64,000 bases of DNA from Camelus dromedarius. Lineage: Eukaryota. Shown one piece after another: positions 26,961-41,489 of this stretch. The stretch covers positions 42,906,001-42,970,000 of the forward strand of contig NC_087436.1 in assembly GCF_036321535.1 (NCBI RefSeq), read 5' to 3'. Below the pieces are notes generated by a model. It did not search any database and had not been told where the DNA came from. It saw only the letters and a program-made list of their open reading frames with translations. Within the stretch, counting starts at the first letter, position 1; each line of letters starts with the position of its first letter. The translations under genes and the position numbers were made by a program.

Positions 26961-28444
26961 AAAAATAAAAAACCGCAGCTATTGAGACTGTTACTTTTAT
27001 TTTTTGTTTAAGGACTGTTGTCGGGTCCTTGTTTTTACCTGTCTTGAAGTAAAATAATCTTGCACCAACTAGGGTCAACATGTCTCTCCCTATGAAGGAG
27101 ATTGATGTGAGCGCTTGATGTTTTTTGAGAGCATGTTTTTTGAGCTAATTGAGTTTATTGTGTCCAAAGTGGTTTTCCCACTTCTATAGTGCAGCTTATG
27201 TTCTGTTGATAACATTTATGAAATTAGCGTGTCTCATAGAAAAGAGGTAATATAGATTGCTAGACTCAACAGACATATATAAATATGTGTCTACATAAGT
27301 ATCACAAACAGTTATAGACAGATTTTACAAAAAGAAATCAGAAACCTATCCATAAATAATAATTAAAATATTTAAATAATGTAACTTGGTCTTTTTTCCC
27401 ACTTGTCATTTCTGCTTTTGTGAATGTCATTGGGAAAAATAATCCTGTTTAATTTGGTTTAACATCATGTAGTTTCCAGGATTTTTTTTAACTAATATGA
27501 ATGTTTACAGTTTGAGTTTTCTAATTCTCTGTCAACTTAGATGATGACCTATTAGCAATTTTGAACTCTACTTAAAAGAATAAACTTAATAAAAGAAAAT
27601 ATTTTAATGCAAATCATAGACTTCTAATTTACTTACGTTCCCTACTATTATAAACCTTTTTAAAGTTAGCCCTCTTTTTATGTTAATATTCAGAGGCTAG
27701 ATCTCAGAACAGTTAGTTATCTTTTTTCATTCATACTGAAGTGCAAATGTATATATTTCTTTTTATTTCTGTAAGGATTTTAATCTAAAGTCTTTTTAGT
27801 TGTCTCACTGGCACTTTCTCCAAGGCAGCTTTGAAACAACCCGACCTAGAAGTTTCTATAAATGTGCCTTTCTTTGAAAATGTTAGGGGACTAAGACAAG
27901 TTGCAGAGAATAAAGACCTGCTGTCTGTACAAGGTCACTGGGCCTGTAGCCCCTTTGAGGCCCAGAAGCTTTCCCAGTGAGGAGGAGGGAGGCAGAGCAG
28001 AGTGTTACCGAAGTCAACCTCATCCTCAAAGGCAAATCACCCCTAGCTAAGTCTAAGGGACCTTCTTTACTTGTTCTTTTTTTTCCAAAACCAAATTCCC
28101 TTCCTAAACATGAGCAAAACTGTATAGGAATCAAGTTTATAGCGGAACTTTTGATTTCTCTTGTTCAGACAGTGAAATTTTATTTTTTGGCATTGGCTCA
28201 AGCTTTCAAGTTAGATATCCATTACTGTCCAATAATAATGTCTGGCTGTGTGTTCATTTTAGATTTTGCAGTTGTTTCATTTAAATTGCCTTCTACATTC
28301 TTCTAGCATCAAATATAATTCCCTATGATTGATATAAAATAAATATTAGATATAATATAGCCTAAGATAAAAACCTATGCCTAGAAATACAGTGCTGACT
28401 AAATATAGTGAAAACTATGTAAATTCAGTATGTTGTCATTGTAG

Positions 28445-28680
28445 GAAGCAGTAAGCATTGTGGTTAGGAGCATGGAGCATCAATTCAGATCCATATATGT
28501 GTCCCAGATCAACCACTTCTAGCTATGTGATTTTCTGTAACTTTTCTGCACCAAACCTCATGTTTTTCATCCCTAAAACGGATAGAGTATTATTTTCTTC
28601 ATAATATGTTTGAATGGATTAAATAAGACTAAGTTTACAAAGTATCCAGCAAAGCAAGTGCTTAATAAATCTATACCTTT
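28445..28680 (+). mobile_element. MIR SINE
   Basis: agcattgtggttaggagcatgg...ccacttctagctatgtga...gtgcttaataaat. Confidence 0.7.
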
Positions 28681-30724
28681 TTCTTTAAATGTCAGCTATT
28701 ACAGCAAATGCCCTCAGGGCATAAAGTCACCTTTCGTAGTTGGCCACCTTGATGTTTCCAACTCAGTGTTTCAGCTATGGGAGTGGAAGTATGTATGTCT
28801 CCCATTAAGGACACACAAGGTGGACCAATGACAAAGGAAGCAAGATGTGTCTAATCTTTCAAAAGACCAAGTCTCAAGTATATTGACTCTTCCGAACCAC
28901 TTAAGACATCTTGTCTCTCAGCAGTTGATGGGTCTTCCAAAAAAAAAAAAAAAAGAACATGATGAGAAGGAGGCATCAGGACACAAATATGTAGTATTAG
29001 ATACAAAGAAAGTGTAGTGATAGTGGGACCTAGGAAAGATGAAATTCTTATGCTAGGAAATATGTGCTTATAATTACCAAGCTTGGATACCCATTTATGA
29101 TTTTCCTTGTTGATGGACCTTTTGGGGGAGCAAGCACTTGCATTTTATACTTCTTTTATTGCAGTAATCTGACCCCCAAAATTGTAAAAGTTTGAAACCT
29201 TCAGATTTTCATAAATCTGCTTATTATAAATGTATAGCCTATTTGTATGACCTTGGATGCACCATCTTCTCTGTGCCATAGTGTCTCTGGCTAAATAAGG
29301 CAAGTGGAATAAATTATGTATCAGTTAAAAGCTCTAAATTTATGATTCTCTGTATTTTTATTTAGAACAAGATACGGTATTCTTTTGAAACTTTTCCTTC
29401 ACACAAATTTATTCTTTGGTTTATAAATAAACTTTTTATTATAAATTCCTATTCATGCATCAAGAATAGAAGCAAGATGTAGTAATGGTTGATGCAGCAA
29501 AAGTCCATGCTTTTCTAACATTATAATAATAATAAAAATAGATAACATTGAGTTCTTAATCTAAGCCAAGTATTTTGCTGTGTATACTAATCAACTTTAT
29601 CATATGTAAACCCAAAACAACTATTGGTCTATAAATGATGGATAAAGAAGTTAAATAACTTCCCTGAGAATAGTAAATGGTAAAGCAAAAATTCAACGAA
29701 GTCTGACTTGGACCCTATGGGTAAGAAACATTTTTCTGAATGCCACTCAGTATCTAAGTCTTAATATTGCATTATTTCTAGATTGTATTCATCTTTATAT
29801 TTTCTGTTCATTTCTTCCTTATACTCATTTGTGCCACTCTAAGCATGAATGCCTTTCTCCTAGTTGACAGGGAGCACTGTTTCTCATAAAATATCTCAAG
29901 GTAGATTTGATTTTTTTGTTTTTCATCTTGGAATAGTTAATTACTTAAAATCTTTTTATAAAAATGAGTAATGAGATTTTCTTAAAGTTAATTTGATTAC
30001 AGTGAATGAAACATCATAGCCTTAATTTTTATAATATTTGAATGCCCCATAGAGAGGTAAATGGATGGAAACGTAGGCTCTCTTAGTAGTATACCTTTAA
30101 GTTTGCAGTAGGGGTGCTTCATCCGATGACCAGGTTTGATGTACACCTTGTTACATCAGCAAGTTATTTTAGCTCTTTTGAATTAGTGGAGAATTATGAG
30201 CTAGGTTTCAAATAGTAAAGTTATGGAAAAAATAGAGATGAGAATTTTCTGATCTGTTTAGAACTGCATTCTTTAATAAGTAGATGATATTAACTAGAAA
30301 GAAAAAACAAGAGTAAACTTGTTTCATTGATATTATTTATCATATTTACCACTTAGGAGAATCTACTTATCCATATGCATTTTATTGTTGCTACAAATGA
30401 TTTTTCCAAGCTTTAGCAAGATAAAAGCCAATTTATATTTTCCATAGAGATATTATTTAGACATCATAGAATTGTATGAATTCTGCCCTTTGGAGAGGGT
30501 CTTGTGCTATAATGACTTGAATAAAATATTAACCAGTTCTCCCAAATTATCGTGTGAGATATTTAGAAGTGAATTGCTTAAAATTCTGGTAATGGTAATA
30601 TTGTATGGTTCTATAGCCTATATCTACAGGAAACTTTGAATGTATAGTTAATTAACCTTAATACATACATACAAATTTTAATGGCCCTTTCAGCCATTTT
30701 CCTACATTGTACCAGAATCATTAG

Positions 30725-31370
30725 AAAACCCTTGTGCATTATTGATGGGAATGTAAAGTGATGCAGCCTCTGTGGAAAACGGTTTGATAGTTCCTCAAAA
30801 GTTAAACTTAGAATTGCCATATGATCCAGCAATTTAACTTCTCAAGATATCCCCAAAAGAATTGAAAGCAGGGACCCAGATATTATTATACCAGGGTTTG
30901 TAGCAGCATTATTCACAATAGCCAAAAAGTAGAAGCAACCCAAGTGTCCATTAGCAGAAACAAGTGAATGAAATGTGTTATATACATACAATGCAATATT
31001 ATTCATCCTTAAAGATAAATGAGATTTTGATACATGCTACAACATGGATGAACCCTGAAAATGTTACGCTAAGTGAGATAAGCCAGACACAAAAGGACAA
31101 ATAGTGTATAGTTCCTCGTATACGAAGTAACTAAAATAGGCAAATTCATAGGGACAGGATGTACAGATTGCCAGGGGCTGAGGGAGAGGAGGGAATGGAG
31201 AGTTTGTTTACTGGATACAGAGTTCTGTTTGAGATGATAAAAACAATTCTGAAGTGGATAGTGTGGTGATGGTCACACATCCAGAATGTGCTTCATGCCA
31301 CTAGATTGTATTCTTGAAAATGATGAAAAGGATAGCTTTTACATTATATATATTTTACCACAATAAAAAA
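30725..31370 (+). mobile_element. L1MB-like 3' fragment, sense to CAMK2D
   Basis: gggaatgtaaa...ccatatgatccagcaatt...gcagcattattcacaatagccaaaa...ttttaccacaataaaaaa. Confidence 0.9.
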
Positions 31371-31569
31371 ATTGCCATAAAAATCATTTGAGACACCTAT
31401 CCATAATATATAGATACATTCTTTTTAAGAATCTTGTACTTTAAGTATAAAGTTATTGTTAATCACTTCCACTTCTAAATTTGTAAACCTGATACCCAAT
31501 ACAATAATGCCTAGTTACCTGGTTGCTGCATAGTAACCAACATGGGCTCACTGTATTGAAGTACTAAAA

Positions 31570-31805
31570 ATCATAATTAATGTTCATTAAGTACCTACTG
31601 TGTACCTGAGACTGTTTATGTTCTTCAACTATTTTAACTCCTTAAGCTTTACATCAATACTACTAGGTACTACTTACTGTCATTTTACAGATGAAGGCAC
31701 TGAAGCTTAGAGGCTAAGTGGCTCTCCTGGGTCACACAGTATTAGCCAAGTAGCAGGCCCACAATTCTGACACAAGATGGCTAGCTTCTAAGCTTGTCAT
31801 TTTAA
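31570..31805 (-). mobile_element. MIR SINE
   Basis: cattttacagatgaaggcactgaagcttagaggctaagtg...gtcacacag. Confidence 0.75.
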
Positions 31806-31899
31806 TCAATTTCAAATCCTATCCAGTATTTGCTGTAATGTTCTTTCCTTGGCTCTGATCTGCTTTTTCTAGTTGATGCCAATGAATCTGATTATTGGT

Positions 31900-32600
31900 T
31901 AATTAATTCAATCAACAGACACTTATTTCATGCTTACTGTATGCATACATTCTTTCCAAGCCCTGGAAATATGGTGATAGAAAAGACAGAAGTAAATAAA
32001 TAAGTAAAGTCAGCAAGATAATTTTAGATCATTTTTTGTGCTGTGAAGACAACAGGATGATACAAGGGGCATGACTAGGGGCTGATGGCTGATTTAATGG
32101 GGGTAATCAGGGAAGGGCCACTATGAGGCACCAGAAGCAGAAACCTAAATATTGAATAGATCTGGAAGTAGAGACTCTACCCACAATGAACAGCAAGTAC
32201 AGCTCTAAGAATGAGTGACCTCAGTGAGGAGCCAAAGGAAGATCAGTATGGCTTAAAACATCACAAGGACTCAGGGGTGGGGATGTAAAGTAACGTGAAA
32301 GACAGGGGTGGGCCAGAGCTCAAAAGGCCTTGGAGGCCAAGGATGGGAATTGGGGTATTAGACTGTGTGCTGTGAGAAGCCACTAGAGAGTTTAAAGCGG
32401 GGACATTAAATGATCTGTTTTCATTTTACCCAACTCTGACTGGCAGCAGTGTGTCAGAGGAATTATAGAAGGGGAAGCAGGGGAAATGGATATCGCAGGA
32501 GTTCAGGAAAAAGAAAAAAACAACTGATAGTAATTTGGGTGGGGTAGGGGGGCAGGTGAAAAGGAGAGAAAATTCAGTGTCATTTTGACAAGGTAAATTG
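31900..32600 (-). mobile_element. L2 fragment
   Basis: attcaatcaacagacacttatt...tcagggaagggcc...gagaagccactagagagtttaaagc. Confidence 0.7.
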
Positions 32601-33889
32601 GACTCATTTGAAATTAACTGAACATACATGTAGCAAATGTATAAAGAATGTTGGATACTTAGGATTTTATAAATAAAGATATGGGTTTAAAAGAAGGGGA
32701 TGCCTGCTCCTTATACTGGGCCAGAATTAGCTGATTTCACACTCAAAAGATGACATCTTTAGTTCGTTTTCCCTGGGGAGAGCCTTTACTTCTCTCTGTC
32801 CTTCCCTCTTCTGACTGAATCTCTCTTTTCTTCATCAGAGCTGAAAATAACATTGAAGGGAAAATGTGACAGCTTCATGGAATAATTAATAGAAATTAAA
32901 ACATATTTTACAATGTGGGAAGTATATAGAAATTCTGTTCGGTATTTCAGAATATCAAATAACATGATAGAATCTTCCAGAAGTGCACCTGGGAACATTA
33001 CTAGCCTCTGTTAAAGATTTCTATTCTGCAGAAAGTCAGACTCTTTAAGTTCAGAAAAGCTCCCTTCTCTACTCTTTCTTCAACATCTCCAGAAGTGATT
33101 TAAATCTCGAAGTGAATCTGTTATCTGGGTGGCAGAGGTCATGACCAATAGCATTTGTGTTGCATGCACACATTCAATTATTCATCAATTGTTTAACTTC
33201 TCTGTGAAAGGCATTCGTCCAGGAACTTAGCAACCAAAAAAAACAAAAAACAAAAAAACCATAAAGTATTGCATGAACCCTTCTTTAATTTGCTATATGG
33301 AATAAGTTGATAGGACCTTATCTAATCACCAATCCCAGACCCTGCTGATTCTCTTTCACAAACCAGCACACAGTGGCACTGACTAAAAACATTTCTAATC
33401 ATAGTCCTCTCTGCATGCAGTGACCTAGTGGCAAGATATTTGTGGTCTAATTGGGAATTGACCACATCCTGTGGTTACATGTTATTTTTTTTTTTGAAGA
33501 CTCTGATTGTCTTAACTGCTTTCGTTTGATTTTTCCACTGACTTATGTGTAGTAATAGCTAAGCATTTATGCTTCAAAAGTTGGAATTGATATCCTTTTT
33601 TTGTATCACATAGGTATTTGCTTATACTTAGTGATGTCCTACTACATTGTGTATTTTCTAGACCATCATATCCCTCACCTAGTATAGGCTGTCATACATA
33701 GACACTTGGTAAATAACTTGTTAGAAAAAATACATGTGCAAATGATTGGAAGGATATAAGTTTTAAATCCCCCCTTTAAAGGAAAATTTTAATAATAAGA
33801 ATTATGTATAATACCACTTCCTTGTTTTAACTGATTTCATATTTGCATCTGCACTTTCCCAATAATGTTTATTAAGCTACTTCCCTTTC

Positions 33890-35200
33890 AAGTAATGTTT
33901 TGAGCTACTAATAGGTCTCAGGCACAGTGTTAGGATCATATGTTAGGCATTGGAGATACCAAAAGAAAAAGACATAGTCCTTGCCATTTCTGATGTTGGA
34001 ATATAGTTGGGGATCTAGGTGTATAGCAGATGGTCTCAGTGTCATGTGGAATTTAAATCAAACAAGCAGTGTGTTGTGAGTAGGTTTTAGGGAAGGCTTC
34101 CTGGAGAAGTCTTGGGCTTCTTTCTTGAATAAAGTGTAAGCTCAAGGAAAACGAAATCAAGGCCATCTAGGCATTATCAGCAGGGAATCATATTAAAAAT
34201 GCATGGAGACATAATGCAAGTAGCCAAAGTCCAAGGCAGTTTGTGTGGAGTGAAAAGTGAGAGCTCTTTAAGTAAGAGCCAGGTCGTGAGGTCTATGTGT
34301 GTCATGGTAAGGACTTGACACTATATGCTACAGGCCAAGAAGTCTTAGCTTTAGGGGAGAAGGTCAGTGATGCCTTGACCTCGTACTCATCATATGTACA
34401 AATTGGATATTGTAAGAAGCCCTGACATAGGGAATGGGTAGCCAAGGAAGAATTTTTAGCAGGGAAGTTCTATGGTCAGATTTGCCTTTTAGACAGATCA
34501 TGCTGATTGCAATGTGGAGGGAGATAAAATTGAAAGAATGATGATCAGTCATGAAACCAACGTATTTCTCCAGTTGAGAGATTATGTGGCATGGCAGCAG
34601 TAGAAAGGATGAAAAATAGAGTGATTCAAGAAATATTTAGAAGGCAAAATTGACAGAGCTTATTAACTGATTAGAAAAAAGAGGGTAAAATTGGTCAAGG
34701 ATGATTAGCCAGGTTTTTGGCTTGGTTGGCTTCATTTTACTATTAAATGAGATTTGGGATATGGGAGGAGAAGCAGGTCTTGGGATAAAGACAGGAAAGT
34801 TCATGAATTTAAGGTGCTGTAGGACATCCAGGTTCCATATTCATTGGCACAGACATGGCAGTTTAAATCATAGGAAGTACTATTTTCACAAAGGATTACC
34901 TGATTGCATGGCAAAGCTTAAGGAGGTGACTGAGAGAAAAACTGTCTATGAATGAGACAGGTAGGAGGAAATTTCCAGGTCAGATTCTCATGGAGCTAAG
35001 GGGCTGTGAAACTTATGGTAGGCAGTGTGGGAAGTAGTGGAGAGTCCCAGTATAAGAGGAATAGTGGCATAAATGAGATTTGAGAATATTGATGAGTGTT
35101 CTGGTGATCACCCCCTCCGCATGGGCTGGACGACACAATCAGTGAGATCAGGAAGGGGCTTGGAGATGAGAAGAAGAGGAGGAGTCAAGGGTCTGGGTTT
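33890..35200 (-). mobile_element. L2 fragments
   Basis: tttgagctacta...aggcacagtgttagg...agggaaggcttcctggagaag...ttttggcttgg. Confidence 0.7.
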
Positions 35201-38200
35201 CTTTTTGAGGAAAAATGGCAGGCTGTGGCCACGAATTCTGACGTATGTGCTTAGTTACTTGTACCTTAAATTCGTGGCAGCTTCTGCTACCCTCAGCCAC
35301 ATCTTTGACCTTGTCATTACCCAGAACTGCTTCAAGGAACTGAAAGGATAGAGTGTGGGAAGAGCTAAATGGACAGTGTAGTCAGTGAAAATAACAAGAC
35401 AGAGGATGTGTCGAGGGAGGGAGCTGGAGGTGACCATATGTAAATGGTGAGGATAATAGGGATGAGGGGCTGATGGTGGTACTATGACAGGTGACATAAA
35501 CCTCCAAGGAGAAGGGTGTTTTACAGGTAAGTGAAAGCAAACTCCAGTGTACTTACATTTTTGCAATGATATGCATGCACTGAATTATTTTGTGCTCTAA
35601 TACTCTCTCTTACACTATAAACATATTTTCCTGTTTGTACATCATCCTCATTATTATAGTTTTAGGTTTAGTGTAATATCTCATCATACTGTTGAATCAT
35701 AATTATTAACCTACTCATGCAAAGATGGTCATGTAGGTTGTTTCTATGCTTTTGCTATTAGAGATGAGGCTAATTAAATAGCTCCTCTTATATAGCTTAG
35801 AATTTCTTAACTTAATTCAAACGCTTCTAAGTTTAGTGATTCTGCAGCTTTCAAGCATCATAAAATGCAAATTCCTAGCGGAAAAAATGTAACAGTCACC
35901 CAAAATTCCTTTTGTAAATCTAATAGCACCATTTTTACCTAATAAATGATCTAAGCATAGTATACTTTAGGTCAAAGAATCAAGGACAGTAGCAAGAGTA
36001 AAGGGCACAGATAAAGAATCCAGAGTAAGCAAATGGAATGTTTCAAATTCAAAGAATCGGGGAAAAAAGAGAGATTTTTCTTAAAAAGATGGTGATAAAT
36101 TTATGTATGTGTGAAAGTCTTCCCCATTTGATGCTCATCTACTTCAGTTTGGGTACCAAGGCATTCAAGTAGCTTTAGTACAAAGAATTAATATAGGAGA
36201 CAGTTTATAAATGGAAAAGTAAATACTTAATAGATACAAATGGGAGTTTAAAAGAAGTTTAGCTGTCTGCTAAGAGACATCTTAAGTTACCTGCTAGAGA
36301 AACAGGAGTCTCTGTTTCATAGATTCCCTAAGGAAATTTTAAATTCTAAAGCTAGCTAACTTTTACACAGTCACAATCTGCAGTATTTTTCACTCATTTC
36401 TTCCCGCCCCTCTTTCCAAGGACTGCTAATGTTATAATTTGTTAAGCAGATAACAAATCTTGTTATTGAGTATATCTAGGAGATTCATGGTACTATGCTG
36501 AATTTGCTTGTTGGCATTTGTTCTTTATATGGTAAAGAGTTGAATATAGGTACACTCTAGGCTTGAATAATGTAGTTAAATAAACAGCCTCCAGGTGATC
36601 AACTAAAATGAAAGTCTGCTACCACCCCTGCTGCCTCTGATCCCAGGAAGTGCCTCCTAGGGAGTCATCTTTCCTTCTCTGACATTAGAGATCTGCACAG
36701 CAGCACCATCCATTAGCCTATCCATCTAGCAACCCACCATCTTAGAGCTGGAGATGTGGCAAGACACTGAGACCTCCTAGGTATCCTTCCTAGGGTCCTA
36801 CAAAGTGATTCAGGGGCAGGAGGCAAGAGAGGGGAAGAACATACAAGAGGACCAGAAGTGAGGCTTCTGTCAGAGACAAAGTAAAAGAACACTCTTAGTG
36901 AAAGAAAACCCACACATTAGCCTTGAAACACCCAGGTCCAGAGCATCTAAGCATGTTTTACTTTTGGCATCATGCTAAGTCTGATCAGCATTGTACTAAC
37001 TTACCATGTATACTCCAGGGATGAATTGCTATCAATAATAATTCCTACAAATATTGTGTTTAATTAATATGCATGAAAGAATATATTTTAGCTTTAAATC
37101 CACATCTAAAAATCATGTTGTCTTACTGTTGAATAGTGATGAAACTACAACAACTGTGAATTAGGAGTTTGTAGTTCTGCAGTAATTAATTAAATTAAGC
37201 CATATATTCCTGAGAACCTAACTGTTGATTTTTTTAAAATCCTATTAAACCAAATGATTAAATCAGTAAATTAAGCACTTAACACAGTGGCTTGCACATA
37301 ATAAACAACAAATAAATACTTTTGATTCAATGAACAATTAATTATTAAATTTAAGCATATTTCCTCTTATTGAGCTGTTGTGATGAAAAATGAGGGCAAT
37401 CTCAGATTGCATAGATTTTTGTAGGTAGCAGTTAAGTACATATTTGTTATTCCTTTTGTATGATAGCTTCAATAAGAAACATTGATACATGCACTTAAAG
37501 TTCAGGTGAGAAAATTTGCTAATTTAGATAGTTTGACAGATAATAAATTGTTCCATATCCCTTTTGGAAGGTAGTATAAGTAACACACGAATACATAAAT
37601 AAACCATTAATTTTTTTAAATTAACAGTAATTTAAATGATCTGGGCCTAGGCTGTTTTTTCTGTTCTAGATGAACAGTATGCTGAGAAAGAGTATAAATG
37701 AGGTTTCAAGTAAGTACTTAACACAGTAATTTGCCTGTAGCATGCTGATGTTATATTCTTAGCTGTTTCTTGGTGGAGTTCTGACAGAGCCTCTTAATTT
37801 GCAAAAGATGCAAAGAAGTCTTTATTACCTTTTATTTAAAAGAAATATAATTTCACTTCCTTAGAAAAATGTTCCATAATTCAGAAATATGGCTATTCAG
37901 ATCAGCCAATTAATCTGAATTACTATAGCTTTACTATGATGCTTACTTTTTATTTTGTAATGCATCGAACATTATAGAGCCAGGGGGAAGGAATTAGATA
38001 AAATTACCAGAGCAAATGGAGTTATGTTTTTTCACACTTACGGAGTAAGTAGGTGTGCATGCAAGTGTATGCATGCACATGTGCAATAAATCATTCGATC
38101 ATACGCCAGAGACCCAACTAAAAATGCAAATACAAACTTAGAAATCTGTTGTCCAATAATAAGGATAATACATTGGCAGTAATATTGGGCATCGACTGAT

Positions 38201-41200
38201 GTAATGATCCAGTGTGGATGGTACTTACTGCTTATTTATCAGTGAACTCTTACAGAATCCACATTCATGCTAATTTTCTTCCTTTTTTCATGCCAAAAAG
38301 ATGAATGTTAGGTGCAACTGTTTTACTTATAGGTGCAGATATTTCTTCTGTAATGAGAAGATTTTCTAGTTACTAGGATTTGCCAAGTCTTACGGATTTA
38401 TAAACAGACCTATGATTTAAACTATGTTCCACAGAAAAATATTACTTTTAAATTCTGATTTATGCTGCTGCTTTTTCCAGTAGACCAAACGCTTGATGAC
38501 AGAACTTACAACTCAATTTTTTATATCCCTGTCTGTTGATACGGGCAAGCCTCGTACATATAAGGAATACAGTTTGGTCACATTTGTAGAATTAGCATGT
38601 AAATGGTACTGATGTATAGGTGACAAGCTTAATTTCTCATAAAGGCATTTGTACTATCAGTAAGAAAACTGTGGGGAGAAATGTGTCTCTTGTCTCTAAC
38701 TGGAGAACTTAGTGAGGAAACTCCTGTTATCCCCAGAATTCTCACAACAAGGACCATTTAATAACTGGCAGCCACATAAGCTGGAGCCCTTCCTCGGTAA
38801 ACTACACACCTGCAGGGATCAACAATAACAGTGTGTCCTCTCCAGCAGAGAGTCTGTTGTTCTTCTGAATATTCCAGACTGATATCTGTCATCTTGGTAA
38901 ACCCGTGTTTCAGAACTTCGTCTTAGAGGGAAGTATCATTGAATCACTAGGTTTACTCATCTGTCACCTCCTCTATTCCAGGATTTTTTCTGGAATATTG
39001 TTGGTCAGAAATATGTTAGAATCTCAGTTTGGGAGTGCAAATTTGCCCATCATTTACAGTGGCTTTGCTGCTTTTATAAGATGATCCAAACATTTTGTAG
39101 CTAAATGTAGGCTCATTCTTCTGGAGACTAAAGCCAATTTTTAGATGAATTACTGAGATACATAAACTGTTTCAGCCCAATTAACTTGTGAAACAAAACT
39201 TAGCTTCAGTGATATTTTCAGTCAAAGGCAGTTGCCTTGGCATTAACAATGAAAACAGGAATTCACAGGAAGATTCAGCATAACCTCAGCCGGAGTCCTG
39301 GACTATTTCAGTATGTATAAAAAGATTAATGATATGTAATTTATAAGGTGATGATGATCAGTTAGTAACATTCATCAGAGGGCTAAATGGTAAATTTTCT
39401 CAAAGAGTTACTATAATTTTTCTCTGAGGATTGCCCAGGCACAAATAATAACAAAATATGAGCAAAAATTGTGGTAATACAAGAAATTTTTTAAATGGCA
39501 ATGATTTTAATATGCATATAAATTTAAAATAATCATGTCCATTGCTTGAAACTTAGTCTAGTGAAAGACAAGAGGTAGTACAGGTGTCAGGACTTTATCT
39601 TTTCTATAGCAGTACTTCTGATTTACTGGTTCCAGTTTTGCAGTTAACAGATAATTTCTCTGTAGTACTCAAATTGTTTCTGATTAGGTGGACTTTCCTA
39701 CTCTTTTAAAAACATATTTTGTAAATATTCTTTTGTGATTCTTTAGAATATCTGCAGTATATGTAAATCTATAAATGGTAAGTGCTTTTTTTCTGTTTTG
39801 GGGTTTTTTTAATGCACATTGTTGAGATGTATGATATATGTTAGAAATTTTTCTTTCACTACTTAAAATTAGAAACTACATTTTATAAGTGAGATTTTAC
39901 GTATATATATGAGATATATACAAAACAAATACAATATACATAATTATAAGAAATTACTAAAAATATTGAGGTCATCAAATAAAGATCACTATTAGTGACT
40001 TCACTATTTTAAAAAAAACTTGCAGAGAATATGTAAAAACTAACTTCTTTTAAAAATGTGGCTAGGGTAAGCAGTTAGCTCGACTAGATGAAACAGAAAA
40101 TTAAGTAGTAATTACAAGAATGGAATTTTAAAATTTATATTGTCAATTACCTGAGTGTTGAAAGATATTTCTCCTTTGATCTCACATCTCAATATCTTCT
40201 GCTGAAGATTATTGTTGCCAAACTGTGGGTCCAGGCTGTACCCAACTCTCTTCAGCCAGATCTCTCACCTCCAGGAGTGTCTTACACATTTGGGTGTGGG
40301 TCCAGCTTCAGCTCTAGGGACTGGATGGAAATCTGAGGGACCAGAGCCCATGCTTGGCAGAGGAGCCTAATGTCTCAACAAGGCACTCACCACAGTCTAC
40401 CTGATAGATTATTAGTTTTTCAAAATTTTTTTTTCTTTTTTCTATAGGCATAGGCACTGTGATGTCAATTGTAACTTTTTCTTCTGGAGAGTTGAGTGAA
40501 TTATTATATCAGTTCATCCATCCTCAGAAAGTATGTGCGTGTGCCAAGCAGGATTTCAGTGAGCTCAGAGTAGGCCTGGTGCAAAGCTATGTAGCTGCAA
40601 GTCATCAGCTGCTGAAATGATAATCTGCCCCTTAGACCAACCCCAAGTGAAAAACGATATGTTCTATGATAAGATGTGAGAGAGGCAAACAGTTCTGCTG
40701 ATCTCCAAACACAGCTTGCACTGCCTTATATTCAATTTTAAGATTTCCATTAGGACTTATGAAGGATTTTTTAAATGGCTCACACCTCACAGACACTACA
40801 GGTCAAACTTGATATTCCCAGGAGGAGAACACTTCAGCTGCCTCACTGAGTGTCCTTGGGTATCCCAAAGGGGTTCTGGGGTCCTGGTGGTCATATCTTG
40901 GTGAGCAGGGGTAATGTGAACTAAATTACTCGTGGAACTTTGTCAAATAGGGACAGAGCTACTGTTAGCCTCTTAGTATTTCTGTGCCATTAGAAAATGC
41001 TCCTGTGTGAGCACTGTGCTGGGAGAGGGTGGAATAGAGCTGGATTACAGCCCTCCCTTACCCTCTTGGCTTGTGCCTTTGTGTAGAACACAAATTGCAC
41101 AACCCTTATCTGGTGGCTCAGAATAAGGAGGAATGCTGTCCTTTCCCTTTGCAATTTATGAATAGGCAAAGTACAGCACAGAAGAATTTTGACCTGACAT

Positions 41201-41489
41201 GACCTCGTACAGTTGGCTAGTAACAAACCAGTTGATGTTATGTTGAGGCCGCTTCCTTCTCTATTTGACCAGGCTGCCTAAAAGTGAAAAATAAAAGTGA
41301 ACAAATTAGCAGTAATAACAACTAGCTAATGTAGAATTGTTTGTTAGCATTCAAAATAATGGTCTGGACAATTTTCCAAATCCCTCTGGAATCCACAAAG
41401 GAATAGGAAATGGCATTATTTAGTCTTCATTAGATTATATTCTTTTTCAATGTCATCATTATTATCATCAAACATTTTATTTTTTTCTG

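Noticed and set aside
27270..27292. Imperfect palindrome agacatatataaatatgtgtct
   Set aside because: Short, AT-rich and low-complexity; too small for a miRNA-type hairpin.
28399..28408. Perfect MEF2 site CTAAATATAG
   Set aside because: A few such matches are expected by chance in 64 kb of AT-rich DNA, and there is no supporting context.
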